Assembly (NCBI GenBank): GCA_963703065.1
Contig: OY969785.1
Coordinates: forward strand, 2,014,116-2,078,115
Direction: 5' to 3'
DNA from: an uncultured Solirubrobacterales bacterium
GTDB lineage: Bacteria; Actinomycetota; Thermoleophilia; Solirubrobacterales; Solirubrobacteraceae
Length of the DNA: 64,000 bases
Shown: in pieces, positions 1 through 9,779 of the stretch
How positions within the stretch are numbered: position 1 is the stretch's first letter
Layout of the letters: each line of letters begins with the position of its first letter
The notes under the pieces: model-generated
What the model was told of the DNA's origin: nothing
Seen by the model: only the letters and a program-made list of their open reading frames with translations
Database searches by the model: none
Position numbers and translations under genes: made by a program

Positions 1-546
1 GTGGAGATCCTCTCGGTCCCGGCCCGGACGATGCACCTGGCGTTGCACGCGGTGCACCACGGAGCGGTGGGGACGCCGCGGGAGGATCTGAGGCGAGGCA
101 TCTCCCAGCTCGAGCGAGAGGTGTGGGAGCAGGCGCGAGATCTCGCCGTGCGACTGAAGTGGGTCTCTCCGTTCGCCGCCGGACTACGGACGTGCCCGGA
201 GGGACGTGAGCTGGCTGACCGTCTGGGTCTGCCGGAGGCGTTCATCTACTGGAGGCTGCGCGGCCGGGCGCCGGAGACCGCCGGACGGCTGTGGTATCTG
301 CGCCACGCGCCGAGTTGGCACGACCGCTGGCGCCTGGTCCGGTGGTTCTTGCCCCAGACCCGCGCGGACGCCGGCTCGGGCCGGTGGTGGGCGATCGTCG
401 GCGACGTGGCGAGGGCTGTGGCGGCGGTGGCGCCGCGAGTGCGAGCGGGACTCGCGCGGCGCCGGGCAAGCCGGGCTGTGCGCCGCGGGCGGCGAGCAGG
501 GCAGAGGCGGTGGCGTCGGCTTCCCGGCACTCACGATGGAGAGTGA
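1..546 (+). CDS. Nucleotidyltransferase-family (NTP_transf_5-like) protein, C-terminal part; 5' end outside window
   Basis: HLALHAVHHG...DL motif typical of the C-terminal half of this family; ORF open at window edge. Confidence 0.55.
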   Translation: MEILSVPARTMHLALHAVHHGAVGTPREDLRRGISQLEREVWEQARDLAVRLKWVSPFAAGLRTCPEGRELADRLGLPEAFIYWRLRGRAPETAGRLWYLRHAPSWHDRWRLVRWFLPQTRADAGSGRWWAIVGDVARAVAAVAPRVRAGLARRRASRAVRRGRRAGQRRWRRLPGTHDGE

Positions 547-582
547 TCGCCCCAGCAGCGCGTACAGGCTCTGCTCCGTCCG

Positions 583-2091
583 TCACGCGCAGGGGTGGCG
601 TTCCCGGAGCCAGTTGGGGGCCAGGGTGGCTGCGGTCCAGCCTCCGAGGGCCTGCTCGAGCGCGAGTGCCACGGCTATCGCGACGTGGTCACGTCGCGGA
701 CCGGCGACGACTTGAACGCCGAGTGGTAGTCCGTGGCGAGTGAAGCCGATGGGAACTTCCGTGACCGGCACGCCGGCGAGGTTGAAGATCGCCAGGGTTT
801 GGAAGAACAGCAGTCGTGAGTAGGTGCGCCGGTGGCGTGGGGCGACCGTCGGGAGCGGAGGATGGAGGAGCACCCCGTCCCCGATCGTTTCCGCGAGCTC
901 GGCCGCGAACTCCTCTCCGCGCCGGATGGCTTGCGCAAGACGCCTCCTTGGCATCAACCGCTGGAGACGATTCGCGAGCGCGAGGCGTTTGACCGGAGTT
1001 GTGTGCGGGCCGCCCGGTCGGAGGGCGGCGCGGATCGTGATGGCGGGTACGTCGGAGTCGGCGAGGATCGAGGCCACGGTGATGGCGCCGGCGTCCGACA
1101 GGGTGGCGAGCGTTGCCTCGAACATCCGTCGCATGCTGGGCAGCGCGATGTGCTCGACGCGCGCACCGGCTGCGGTCAGTGCGGCGGCGGCGCGTTCGCG
1201 TGTCGTGAGCAGTTCGGGGCTGATGCGGCTGAGGAAGGCGCTCTCGCTGACCAGCACACGGAGACCGCTCAGCGGGACGGATCCTGGATCACCCAGTGGA
1301 ACCTGCCGGACCAGGGGGTCGCTGGGATCTGGTCCGGCGATGATCCGCAGCACGGGCATCAGATCCTGTGCCGAGCGGGTGATCGGACCAATCGTGACCA
1401 TTCGCCTGCCGTACCCGGAGATACGCGGGTACTCCAGGGTTTGCGGCACGAGGCCAACCGAGGGCTTGTGGGCGTACACCCCGCAGCAAAAGGCCGGCAT
1501 GCGCAGCGATCCGCCCGTGTCGGTCCCGAGACTCACCGGTGAGCCTCCGCAGGCCACAGCTGCGGCGCACCCGCCCGATGAGCCGCCCGCCGTGCGGGTC
1601 GGGTCGTAGGGGTTGTTGGTGCGGCCGTAGACCCGATTCTCGGTCTCGAACCAGGACGCCAGCTCGGCGGTGTTGGTCTGTCCAAGCAGGATCGCCCCCG
1701 AGTCCAGTAATCGGGCCGCGGGGAGGGCGGTGGTTCCGGCCGTGATGCCTCGTCGAGCAAGCACGCCGGCGGTGTGCGGCAGGCCCGCGACGTTGATGAT
1801 CTCCTTCACCGTGCAGGGCACTCCGAGCAGCGGCGGCAACACCTCATCCCAGGAGGCGGCCGCAATGCGTGCATCCGCCTCGGCGGCCAGTATCCGCGCG
1901 CGGTCGTAGTTCGGCACCGCGATCGCATTGACTCGAACTCGCCAGCGCTCGAGCTCGTCGATATGGGCATCCACGACGTCGCGCGCTGAGTGTCGGCCTG
2001 AGCGGATCGCCTGGGCGAGCCAGACCGCAGAGCGACGGGTGAGGACCGCATCGTCACGATTGGGAACGGGTCTGTCGCTCGGTCGACCCAT
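583..2091 (-). CDS. Amidase signature family protein
   Basis: PLLGVPCTVKE, GGSSGG and GTDTGGSLR amidase motifs; ATG at 2091 just after the upstream gene's stop. Confidence 0.92.
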   Translation of the reverse strand: MGRPSDRPVPNRDDAVLTRRSAVWLAQAIRSGRHSARDVVDAHIDELERWRVRVNAIAVPNYDRARILAAEADARIAAASWDEVLPPLLGVPCTVKEIINVAGLPHTAGVLARRGITAGTTALPAARLLDSGAILLGQTNTAELASWFETENRVYGRTNNPYDPTRTAGGSSGGCAAAVACGGSPVSLGTDTGGSLRMPAFCCGVYAHKPSVGLVPQTLEYPRISGYGRRMVTIGPITRSAQDLMPVLRIIAGPDPSDPLVRQVPLGDPGSVPLSGLRVLVSESAFLSRISPELLTTRERAAAALTAAGARVEHIALPSMRRMFEATLATLSDAGAITVASILADSDVPAITIRAALRPGGPHTTPVKRLALANRLQRLMPRRRLAQAIRRGEEFAAELAETIGDGVLLHPPLPTVAPRHRRTYSRLLFFQTLAIFNLAGVPVTEVPIGFTRHGLPLGVQVVAGPRRDHVAIAVALALEQALGGWTAATLAPNWLRERHPCA

Positions 2092-2093
2092 CC

Positions 2094-2621
2094 TCAGCCG
2101 TGCGGTAGCGACGACCCGGCGAAGAAGAAGAACCACACCTCGAAACAGCCCACGACGAACACCACCATGCTCACCAGGATCCACTCGAGTGCGGTCAACG
2201 GCTCAACCTCCGGCGGCGGATCGCCGTATTGGTCGCGCAGGCTGCGAAGCCACGGCAATGGCTGCCGAGTCCGCGGCGGCCGTCCGGTCACCTCGCCGTA
2301 CCGAAGGTCAAGCCGGGTGATCAGCTGACCGAGCAGGAACAGGATGACGGCCAGCGTGAGCACGGTCGCTCCCACGGCGCCCATCTTCAACGTCGTGTAC
2401 TGCCCCTGAACCTTCGAGCCGACCCACAGCGCGAGCAGCGGCCCGCCGGTCCACGTGTTCACGGTCGCCGCGATCATCGCCGCGACCAGCAGTACCCGCA
2501 GGAGAAGGCGTCGGGGCGGGCGCGTGCGCCGGGCCCCCGACGCGTCCTCTGAGGCATGGCCCGGCCGGGGCCCGGCGTCCCGTGAGTCGCTGCCGACGGG
2601 AGCACGCGATCTGACGGCCAT
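2094..2621 (-). CDS. Hypothetical membrane protein (about 3 TM helices)
   Basis: Three hydrophobic stretches; abuts the amidase gene. Confidence 0.7.
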   Translation of the reverse strand: MAVRSRAPVGSDSRDAGPRPGHASEDASGARRTRPPRRLLLRVLLVAAMIAATVNTWTGGPLLALWVGSKVQGQYTTLKMGAVGATVLTLAVILFLLGQLITRLDLRYGEVTGRPPRTRQPLPWLRSLRDQYGDPPPEVEPLTALEWILVSMVVFVVGCFEVWFFFFAGSSLPHG

Positions 2622-2699
2622 CAGGGGATCATCCCCCTCCGCGGTCCTCCAGACAATCGGCAGCTCCTGAACCGCGCGGTCCGATCGGGCCGCGCCGGA

Positions 2700-3191
2700 T
2701 CAGCGCAATGCTGCCTGATACGCCGCCAGGGCGACGGGGTCGTCGATGCTGCCGTGGTGGTGGAACTGAAGCCAGCGTCCCCGCCCCGGGGCGTAGCGGA
2801 AGTACCGCGAGGTGCGGATCGAGATCTCAACCGGAGCGAAACCATGCACCGTGTAGCTCCCGGATTCCCGACCCGCGACCATCGCGTGTCGATCGTCCGT
2901 GTACTGGACGAAGTCAGCGAACTCGATCTCCAACCGGGCTCGCCCCTCGAAGATCCGCCGGTAGAGATCGACGATCGCTCCACCGCCCCGGAGGATTCCG
3001 CCCAGCGGGTTGTTCAGCTGGGCCAGGTCGTGATCAGACCACACCATCGCCAGGACCTCGGCATCGCGGTGGTTGAGCGCGTAGTAGAAGCTCTCGAGCG
3101 CGGCCAGCTGCCCTGCAGGTCCGGCGTCCGCGGTCTCGGCCAGGCGATTGCGAGCATCGACTCCAAACCGGAGGTCGCTCAGCGAGATCAT
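2700..3191 (-). CDS. SnoaL/NTF2-like (YybH/DUF4440-type) protein
   Basis: FYYALN...W...NPLGG...RTSRYF...HHHGS pattern; ATG overlaps the MFS TGA (ATGA). Confidence 0.85.
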   Translation of the reverse strand: MISLSDLRFGVDARNRLAETADAGPAGQLAALESFYYALNHRDAEVLAMVWSDHDLAQLNNPLGGILRGGGAIVDLYRRIFEGRARLEIEFADFVQYTDDRHAMVAGRESGSYTVHGFAPVEISIRTSRYFRYAPGRGRWLQFHHHGSIDDPVALAAYQAALR

Positions 3192-4645
3192 CGTCGCTCC
3201 TCGAGCCGCAGGAAGGGGGAAGGTGTGCCGATCACCGCGGTCGCCGGCGGTCGAGGCCTGCGCAGGAGCTCGCATCCGGCGGCCACCACCGCGGCAACCA
3301 GGCAGAGGACGAAGGCGACGGAGGCGGCGAGATTCCAGCCACGCACGAGCCCGACTGCGCCTGGCGCGCTGCTGCCCGTGGCCACCAGAGCGAAGACGAG
3401 CGCGATCCCCGCCGCCCCGCCCAGGTACCGCGCTGTGTTGTTGGCTCCGCTGCCCATCGCCGCATGCTCGAGCGGGACCGACTCGACCGCCAGGCGGCCG
3501 AGGGCAGCGTTGATCAGCCCGCTCCCGATCCCTGCCACCAGCAGCCCCGGCGTGAGCCGGATCCAAGTCGTATGGGCGCTGAGCCCGCTGAGCGCCGCCA
3601 CACCGATCCCGCACAGCACGAAGCCGATCGACAACCGAGGCGCGGAACCCAGACGCGGGGGCAGGCGGCGCACCTGCGTGGCCACGACCATGCTCGGCAC
3701 CGACCACAGCGCCAGGATCCCAGCGCTTCCAAGCGCCGTGGAGCCCAGCGCCTCCTGGGTCATCAACGGCAGGAAGCTCATCAGCGCGATCAGGGCCAGG
3801 CCGGTGAACAGTGCTCCCGTGGCCGAGGCGATGAACAGCGGGCGCGTGAACAGGCGCGGTTGCAAGACGGGATCTGCCACACGCAGCTCCACGGCGATGA
3901 AGGCGGCGAGCAGGAGGACCGAAGCGGCAAGCGTCGCCACGGTGCCGAGCTGCGTCCAGCTCTGACGTCCGAGCGTCAGACCAGCGGTCACGCAGGCCAT
4001 GGCGGCGGCAAAGACCAGGACGCCGGCTACGTCGAGGCGTCGCGCGCTGTCGCGCCGGCTTTCGCCCATCAGTCGCGCCAGCCCCACCAGGAGGGCCGCG
4101 CCGGCAGCGACGACCCAGTAGATGGTTCGCCAGCCGGCGAGGTCCGCCAGTCCGGCGCTCGCCGCGGGGCCGGCGGCGATGCCGGCGCCGATGGTGGCGC
4201 CCCACAAGCCCGTGGCGTGTGTCCGGGCTGGCCCGGTCGGAAACGCGCCACCGATCAAGCCGAGGCCAGAGGCCAGAACGCCCGCGCACGCGATGCCTTC
4301 GAGGATGCGTGCCCCGACCAGGAAGTCGAGGCTCGGCGCGAGCCCGCCGGCCACGCTGGTCACCGCAACGCCGACTGTGGAGGCGACGAACACCCGCCGC
4401 CGCCCACGGCTGTCGGCGATCTCGCCCAGCGCGAGCAGGGCCACCGCGAGACCGAGACTGATGCTGCTCAGGATCCAGGTTCGCCCGCTGGCGCCGGCGT
4501 GCAGGGCCTGCGCCGTCGGGATAACCGTGGTGACGGTCGACGTGAAGGCCACGAGCACCAGGAACGTCCCCGCGCTCGCGACGCCCAGCGTCAACCGCGG
4601 GCGAACCGAAGACGCTTCAACGGTGGTCACCGGGACCTTCCGCAC
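3188..4645 (-). CDS. MFS transporter (DHA2-like)
   Basis: Motif A (GEIADSRGRRRVF); many TM segments. Confidence 0.9.
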   Translation of the reverse strand: MRKVPVTTVEASSVRPRLTLGVASAGTFLVLVAFTSTVTTVIPTAQALHAGASGRTWILSSISLGLAVALLALGEIADSRGRRRVFVASTVGVAVTSVAGGLAPSLDFLVGARILEGIACAGVLASGLGLIGGAFPTGPARTHATGLWGATIGAGIAAGPAASAGLADLAGWRTIYWVVAAGAALLVGLARLMGESRRDSARRLDVAGVLVFAAAMACVTAGLTLGRQSWTQLGTVATLAASVLLLAAFIAVELRVADPVLQPRLFTRPLFIASATGALFTGLALIALMSFLPLMTQEALGSTALGSAGILALWSVPSMVVATQVRRLPPRLGSAPRLSIGFVLCGIGVAALSGLSAHTTWIRLTPGLLVAGIGSGLINAALGRLAVESVPLEHAAMGSGANNTARYLGGAAGIALVFALVATGSSAPGAVGLVRGWNLAASVAFVLCLVAAVVAAGCELLRRPRPPATAVIGTPSPFLRLEERR

Positions 4646-5428
4646 CTAGACGGAGATCGTCTGACCGGGCTCTGCGCTCATCAGCCGCCCGCCGACGTCA
4701 GCCCCCGCGAAGGCTTCACGGAGCGATTCCAGGCCGTCGGAGAAGTGGGTCCAGTCGGCGTAGTGCAGCGGAACGACCGCGCGCACCCCGAGCAGCCGGG
4801 CGGCCTCGGCAGCATCGCGGCTCGGCAGCGTGAGATATGCGTCGCCCAGGAACGGCATCTGGGCACCGCCCGCAAACAACACCGCGATGTCGATCGGGCC
4901 GAGGCGATCGGCGATCGTCCGCACGACGTCCAGCGAGGCGTTGTCCCCGCTGATGTACACCGAGGGGAGATCCTGGCCGGTGAGCAGAAACCCCGTGACC
5001 TCGCCGACGAGGTGCTCCGAGCCGTCGGGGCCGTGTTGCGCCGGGACGCCCACGACGCGGATCGGCCCGGCGTCCGCCCGGTCGATCTCGATGCTCGCCC
5101 AGTTCGGGAGCGCGGTCGCGCCGGTGCCCAATCGCTCAGCGCCACTCCGTGTCGTCACCACGCGGGAGGCCCGGGCCAGGAACTGGCGGCCGGAGTCGTC
5201 GAGGTTGTCCTTGTGGTGGTCGTGGGAGAGCAGCACGACATCCACCTCTCCGACCTCATCGGGACTCAGCGCCGGCCCGGCGGTCTTGGTCAACGTGACG
5301 CCGGGGCGGGGCTCGTAGGAACCTGGCGGATCGAACGTCGGATCGGTGATGAACCGCAGGCCGCCGTAGCCCAGGACGGCCGTCGGACCGCCGACCAACG
5401 TGACCTGCAAGGGATGGGCTGCATTCAT
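4646..5428 (-). CDS. Metallo-beta-lactamase-fold hydrolase
   Basis: TDPTFD, SHDHHKDNLD, SGDN and PLH motifs. Confidence 0.9.
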   Translation of the reverse strand: MNAAHPLQVTLVGGPTAVLGYGGLRFITDPTFDPPGSYEPRPGVTLTKTAGPALSPDEVGEVDVVLLSHDHHKDNLDDSGRQFLARASRVVTTRSGAERLGTGATALPNWASIEIDRADAGPIRVVGVPAQHGPDGSEHLVGEVTGFLLTGQDLPSVYISGDNASLDVVRTIADRLGPIDIAVLFAGGAQMPFLGDAYLTLPSRDAAEAARLLGVRAVVPLHYADWTHFSDGLESLREAFAGADVGGRLMSAEPGQTISV

Positions 5429-6024
5429 CGTGCCTCCGGGGGATCGGTGTCGGGCATCGGCGTGAGCGCGAGGCGGTCGAGCAGCGCGAGCGCGCCCTGC
5501 ATCGCATCGGAGAACGGTTTGGTCGAGCCTTCGCCCCGGGCGAGGACGTAGCCGCCCTGCAGGACGGCACAGATCGTGCTGGCGGTCAGCTGAGGGGAGA
5601 GCGTGCCCACGAGCTCACCGCGCCGCTGCCCCTCCGCGATGACCTGCGCCAGCCGCGTCTGCAGCCAGAGCAGCGTCTCCTCGATCGGCGCTCGCAGCTC
5701 CGGATGGGCGACGACCTCCGGGTCCTGCGTCAGGCCGCCGATCCGGCAGCCGCGGAGCACGTCGCGCTCACGCCGGAGATACGCCCCGATGCGCTCGATC
5801 GCGGTGCCCGGAGCCGAGAGGATCGGCTCCACCTCGGCCCGCAGGTCGGCCGCACTCCGGCGCACGGCCGCCGCGCACAGGTCCGTCTTGCCATGGAAGT
5901 GGTGGTACATGCTGCCCTGCCCCACCCCGGCCCGGCGCTGGATCGCCTTCGGGCTCGTGGCGACGTAGCCGCGCTCCCAGAGAAGCTCCTGCGCGGTCGA
6001 GATGAGCTGTTCGCTTGCGTCCAT
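5425..6024 (-). CDS. TetR/AcrR family regulator
   Basis: HTH (GVGQGSMYHHFHGK) and GCRIG motif; ATG 6024 lies 7 nt after a TACAAT -10. Confidence 0.92.
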   Translation of the reverse strand: MDASEQLISTAQELLWERGYVATSPKAIQRRAGVGQGSMYHHFHGKTDLCAAAVRRSAADLRAEVEPILSAPGTAIERIGAYLRRERDVLRGCRIGGLTQDPEVVAHPELRAPIEETLLWLQTRLAQVIAEGQRRGELVGTLSPQLTASTICAVLQGGYVLARGEGSTKPFSDAMQGALALLDRLALTPMPDTDPPEAR

Positions 6025-6029
6025 GCCCA

Positions 6030-6057
6030 CCATTGTACATACTAGTAGGTACAATGG
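6030..6057. promoter_or_regulatory. Palindromic TetR operator overlapping the -10 box
   Basis: CCATTGTAC-A-TACTAGTA-G-GTACAATGG, 28 bp with a single mismatched pair, directly upstream of the TetR start. Confidence 0.8.
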
Positions 6058-6082
6058 CTGACGCGGCCACCGGCACCCCTGT

Positions 6083-6850
6083 CTAGACAGCCGCAGGGCC
6101 GCACCGACCGGGATCGAGCCCCAGCTCGTCGAAGCCGAGTTCGCCCGCCAGCCGGCGGACTCCGTCGCGCAGCGCTCGGCCGAGCCCCTGCCGGCGCCAG
6201 CCCGGATGGATCCACAGCTCCCCGATCCTGCCTGCCGGCCGAGTGCCGACGATCGTCGCGTATCCCCGCGGCTGGCCCTGGAGATAGATGATCGCGGCCG
6301 CCGCGACCGTGGCCGCCGCGCCGACCGGGTCCGGCGGGGTGAGCTCGCTTCGGTATGCAGCGCGCATGGCTCCGAGCAGGGGCCCGTGAGCGTCGGCGGG
6401 CCGAACCTCCCGCGTCCCGTCTCCGTCGGCCGGCCGGAAGGGAAGCCGGAGCAGCTGGGCGGTCAGGATGCCGATCCGTTGAGCGTCACCCTCGCGGTCG
6501 ATCTCGACTCGGCAGACCGTGAGGTTCCGCGTCTGGTGCTCGACCACGGCGTGCGCACACACCGTCTCGCCGACCCTGACCGCGCGATACAGATGCAGCG
6601 AGAAACCCGTTCCCGCCCACGTCGTCGCCTGGCCGGCGGGATTGGCCGCCAGACCCAGTGCTGTGTCGGCCAGCGTGAACAGCACGCCGCCGTGGGTGAT
6701 CAGGCCCTGATTCAGGTGCTCCTCGGTGATCGTCAGCCGGCAGGCGACCTCTCCGGGGCGAACGGAGGCGATCGTGATCCCGAGGAGCTCGCCGGCGGAC
6801 ATCGGCGTGGGCGCGGCGGACGCTGGGCGCCGGGGCTCGGCGGAGCTCAC
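6083..6850 (-). CDS. PaaI-type hotdog thioesterase fused to a C-terminal GNAT-like domain
   Basis: HLNQGLITHGGVLFTLAD (PaaI) and LWIHPGWRRQGLGRAL (GNAT acetyl-CoA motif A). Confidence 0.8.
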   Translation of the reverse strand: MSSAEPRRPASAAPTPMSAGELLGITIASVRPGEVACRLTITEEHLNQGLITHGGVLFTLADTALGLAANPAGQATTWAGTGFSLHLYRAVRVGETVCAHAVVEHQTRNLTVCRVEIDREGDAQRIGILTAQLLRLPFRPADGDGTREVRPADAHGPLLGAMRAAYRSELTPPDPVGAAATVAAAAIIYLQGQPRGYATIVGTRPAGRIGELWIHPGWRRQGLGRALRDGVRRLAGELGFDELGLDPGRCGPAAV

Positions 6851-6866
6851 GACGCGCCGTGGATCT

Positions 6867-6881
6867 GTTCACTCATCGAAC
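6867..6881. promoter_or_regulatory. GTTC-N7-GAAC operator, site 1 (divergent PaaI/NMO promoter)
   Basis: GTTCACTCATCGAAC next to overlapping divergent -10 boxes (TACCGT on +, TACCAT on -). Confidence 0.55.
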
Positions 6882-6926
6882 CATGGTACCGTGCGAGGCG
6901 CGTCCGAGCGGCGGACTCACGGCACG

Positions 6927-7985
6927 ATGATCCTCGACGAGCTGGTCCACCCGATCATCCAGGCACCGATGGCCGGCGGCCCGTCGACCGTCGCGTTGGC
7001 GGCGGCGGTCAGCAACGCGGGAGGGCTGGGGTTTCTCGCCACGGGCTATGGCCACGTGGAGACGATGCGCGCCCAGATCAACGAGCTGCGCCAGGCCACC
7101 GAGCGCCCGTTCGGGGTCAACGTCTTCGTCCCCGGATCGGGCCGTTACGACGAGGTCGCCGTCGAGCGCTACCTGCGTCAGCTCGCACCCGAGGCGCGTC
7201 GGTACGGTGCAGAGGTCGGAGCTCCCCGCAACGATGACGACGACTGGGCAGCGTTCCTGTCCGGGCTCGAGCAGGAGCGTCCACCGGTGGCCAGCTTCAC
7301 CTTCGGGTGCCCGACCGAGGAGGAGCTCGCGCGCCTGCGCGCCGCGGGCATCTCGACCTGGGTGACGGTGTGCGACCCGGCTGAGGCGCTGCTCGCCGGG
7401 CAGCGCGGGGCCGACGCCGTGATCGTGCAGGGTCTCGAGGCCGGCGGGCACCGCGGCGGCTTTCGCGATGACGGTGACGGCGAGGAGCTGTCGGTGCTGG
7501 CGCTGCTGCGCCTCACCCGTGCGTCCTGCGCCCTGCCGCTGATCGCGGCCGGCGGGATCGCCGACGGCGCCTCGCTCGGAGCCGTGCTCGTCGCCGGAGC
7601 GTCGGCGGCGCAGATCGGCAGCGCGTTCATGCTGGCCGACGAGGCCGCCACCCACCCGGCGCACCGCGAACGTCTCAGCCAACCGGCCCCCACCTCGTTC
7701 ACGCGCGCGTTCAGCGGCCGTCAGGCCCGGGGCATCGTCAACCGCTTCCAGGCGGAGCACTCGGCGCTCGCCCCTCGCGCCTACCCCCAGATCCACTACG
7801 CGACGGGTCCGTTACGGGCCGGCGCTCGTGAGCGCGGTGACGCCGACGGCTTCAACCTCTGGGCCGGGCAGACGCACTCGCTCGCCCAGGCGCTGCCCGC
7901 GGCGGAGATCGTGCGCAGGCTGGCGGCGGACGCGCGGTCGGCCGTGCTCGGCGCGGCCGAACACCTTCGCGCCGCGGCGACATGA
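6927..7985 (+). CDS. Nitronate monooxygenase / 2-nitropropane dioxygenase family flavoprotein
   Basis: PIIQAPMAGG, QGLEAGGHRG, AAGGI, TRAFSGRQARG and LWAGQ motifs. Confidence 0.92.
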   Translation: MILDELVHPIIQAPMAGGPSTVALAAAVSNAGGLGFLATGYGHVETMRAQINELRQATERPFGVNVFVPGSGRYDEVAVERYLRQLAPEARRYGAEVGAPRNDDDDWAAFLSGLEQERPPVASFTFGCPTEEELARLRAAGISTWVTVCDPAEALLAGQRGADAVIVQGLEAGGHRGGFRDDGDGEELSVLALLRLTRASCALPLIAAGGIADGASLGAVLVAGASAAQIGSAFMLADEAATHPAHRERLSQPAPTSFTRAFSGRQARGIVNRFQAEHSALAPRAYPQIHYATGPLRAGARERGDADGFNLWAGQTHSLAQALPAAEIVRRLAADARSAVLGAAEHLRAAAT

Positions 7986-8914
7986 CCCGCATCCCGGTGG
8001 TCGACATGTGGTCCCCGATCGTGCCCTCGCGGGAGATCATCGACCACCTCGCCGTTCATTTCCCGCCCCAGCAGCTGCAGTACCTCGAGGTGTTCACCAA
8101 GACCCGGATCACCGCTGCGGAGTTCACCGCCTATGCCCGGACGTTGGTGCGCTCCGATCAGGAGATCCTGGCCGAGATGGACCGATCGGTCATCCGCCGG
8201 AGCGTGATCACCGGCTTCGACGAGCGCTCCACCTGCGGCGAGACGTTCGTCGCCAACCAGGCCGTGGCCGCACTGGCCGCGCGGCATCCGGATCGCTTCA
8301 TCCCGTTTGCCGGCGTCGACATCATGCGCGGGGCAGAAGCGGTGCAGGAGCTGCGGCAATGGGTGGCCGGGCACGGTTTTCGCGGTTTGAGCCTGCGTCC
8401 GTTCATGATCGGAGAACCGGCGAGCCACCCGGCCTATCTCCCGTTCTACGAAGCCTGCTGCGAGCTGAACATCCCGGTCAGCATCCACAGCTCCGCCAAC
8501 TGGACTCGCACGAGCATCAGCGAGCTCGGTCACCCGCGGCACATCGACGAGGTCGCCTGTCGCTTCCCGGAGCTGACCATCATCATGAGCCACGGCGGAT
8601 ACCCGTGGGTGCTCGAAGCGTGTCTGATCGCGTGGAAGCACCCCGGCGTCTACCTCGAGCTCGGAGCTCACCGTCCTCGGTACTTCGTGGCGCCGGGCGC
8701 AGGCTGGGAGCCACTGATCCGCTTCGGCCAGAGCACGATCGTCGACAAGATCCTCTACGGCACCGGAGCGTTCCTGATCAACCGGCCGTACACCGAGCTG
8801 ACCGGCGAGGTTCGCGGGCTGCCGCTCCCGCACGACGTTCTGGAGCGATGGTTGTGGCGCAACGCGTGTCACGTGCTGGCGCTGGACGCGGACTGGATCG
8901 CAGCGGCGAAGTGA
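7982..8914 (+). CDS. Amidohydrolase_2 family protein
   Basis: PFYEACCELNIPVSIH, FPELTIIMSHGGYPW, KILYGT; ATGA overlap with the NMO gene. Confidence 0.88.
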   Translation: MTRIPVVDMWSPIVPSREIIDHLAVHFPPQQLQYLEVFTKTRITAAEFTAYARTLVRSDQEILAEMDRSVIRRSVITGFDERSTCGETFVANQAVAALAARHPDRFIPFAGVDIMRGAEAVQELRQWVAGHGFRGLSLRPFMIGEPASHPAYLPFYEACCELNIPVSIHSSANWTRTSISELGHPRHIDEVACRFPELTIIMSHGGYPWVLEACLIAWKHPGVYLELGAHRPRYFVAPGAGWEPLIRFGQSTIVDKILYGTGAFLINRPYTELTGEVRGLPLPHDVLERWLWRNACHVLALDADWIAAAK

Positions 8915-8940
8915 GAGTCGCCGGGCCTTGGAGAGCCTCG

Positions 8941-8955
8941 GTTCGTTGATTGCAC
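8941..8955. promoter_or_regulatory. GTTC-N7-GAAC-like operator, site 2 (HxlR-type regulator promoter)
   Basis: GTTCGTTGATTGCAC, 6 nt upstream of a TACGCT -10. Confidence 0.5.
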
Positions 8956-8973
8956 ACTCGCTACGCTGAGCGC

Positions 8974-9513
8974 GTGCTCCCCAGCGACTATGCAGCACAG
9001 GATTGCCTGGTGGCGCGGGCCCTCGAGACGATCGGTGAGCGGTGGACCCTGCTGATCGTCCGTGATGCGTTCTTCGGCGTGCGTCGCTTCAGCGACTTCC
9101 TGGCCCATCTCGACATCCCCAAGGCGGTGCTCTCCGAACGGCTGAAGGGACTGGTCCGCGACGGGGTGATGGAGCGTCTGCCGGATCCCGAACGTCCGAG
9201 CCGCGAGATCTATCAGCTGACGCAGGCCGGCCGGGATCTGTGGCCCGTCATCTTCGCCCTGCGCAGCTGGGGCGCTCGCTACAGAGCGCCCGATGGCACC
9301 CGCCGGGCATTCACGCACATCGCGTGCGGGATGGAGATCGCACCCGATGGCTCGTGTTCGGCCTGTGGCATCACCCCGGCGGCTCACGACGTGGTGATGT
9401 CGCTGCGACCCGGGATGCGGCGGATGCGCTCAGACCCCATCGCCCTCGCCCTGCTCGAGCCGCACCGTCTCCTCGAGCCGCTGAGCCGCACCTCCGCCGA
9501 CGATGAGAGCTGA
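8974..9513 (+). CDS. HxlR-family winged-helix regulator
   Basis: CLVARALETIGERWTLLIVRDAFFGVRRFSDF; C-terminal HxxCG and CxxC. Confidence 0.92.
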   Translation: MLPSDYAAQDCLVARALETIGERWTLLIVRDAFFGVRRFSDFLAHLDIPKAVLSERLKGLVRDGVMERLPDPERPSREIYQLTQAGRDLWPVIFALRSWGARYRAPDGTRRAFTHIACGMEIAPDGSCSACGITPAAHDVVMSLRPGMRRMRSDPIALALLEPHRLLEPLSRTSADDES

Positions 9514-9779
9514 GCCAGAGCGCTGCTCTTGGATCGATCCCGGGAGCCGGCCTGCGCTCGGTCTGGTCATCGAACCTACGTCTGCGGTGAAGACCAACCA
9601 GCTTCGTGCGGCGCTCTCCCTGACCGACGGGCGCGTCACGGCTGACCCCCTCCGGCCAACGCAACATGTCGTTGGCCTCCTGACACTGGCTGCCCGACAC
9701 CTGGAGGGCTGCTATCGCTCCGCACCTCGGGTGCCGAGCTGGACTGCCTGGGAGCCCCGAGGCTCCGAATAGGACGTCT

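Noticed and set aside
9503-9772. 89-aa ORF with an NQLRAAL segment faintly reminiscent of IS110 transposases
   Set aside because: No DEDD catalytic motifs or element ends are visible; the similarity is too short to support a call.
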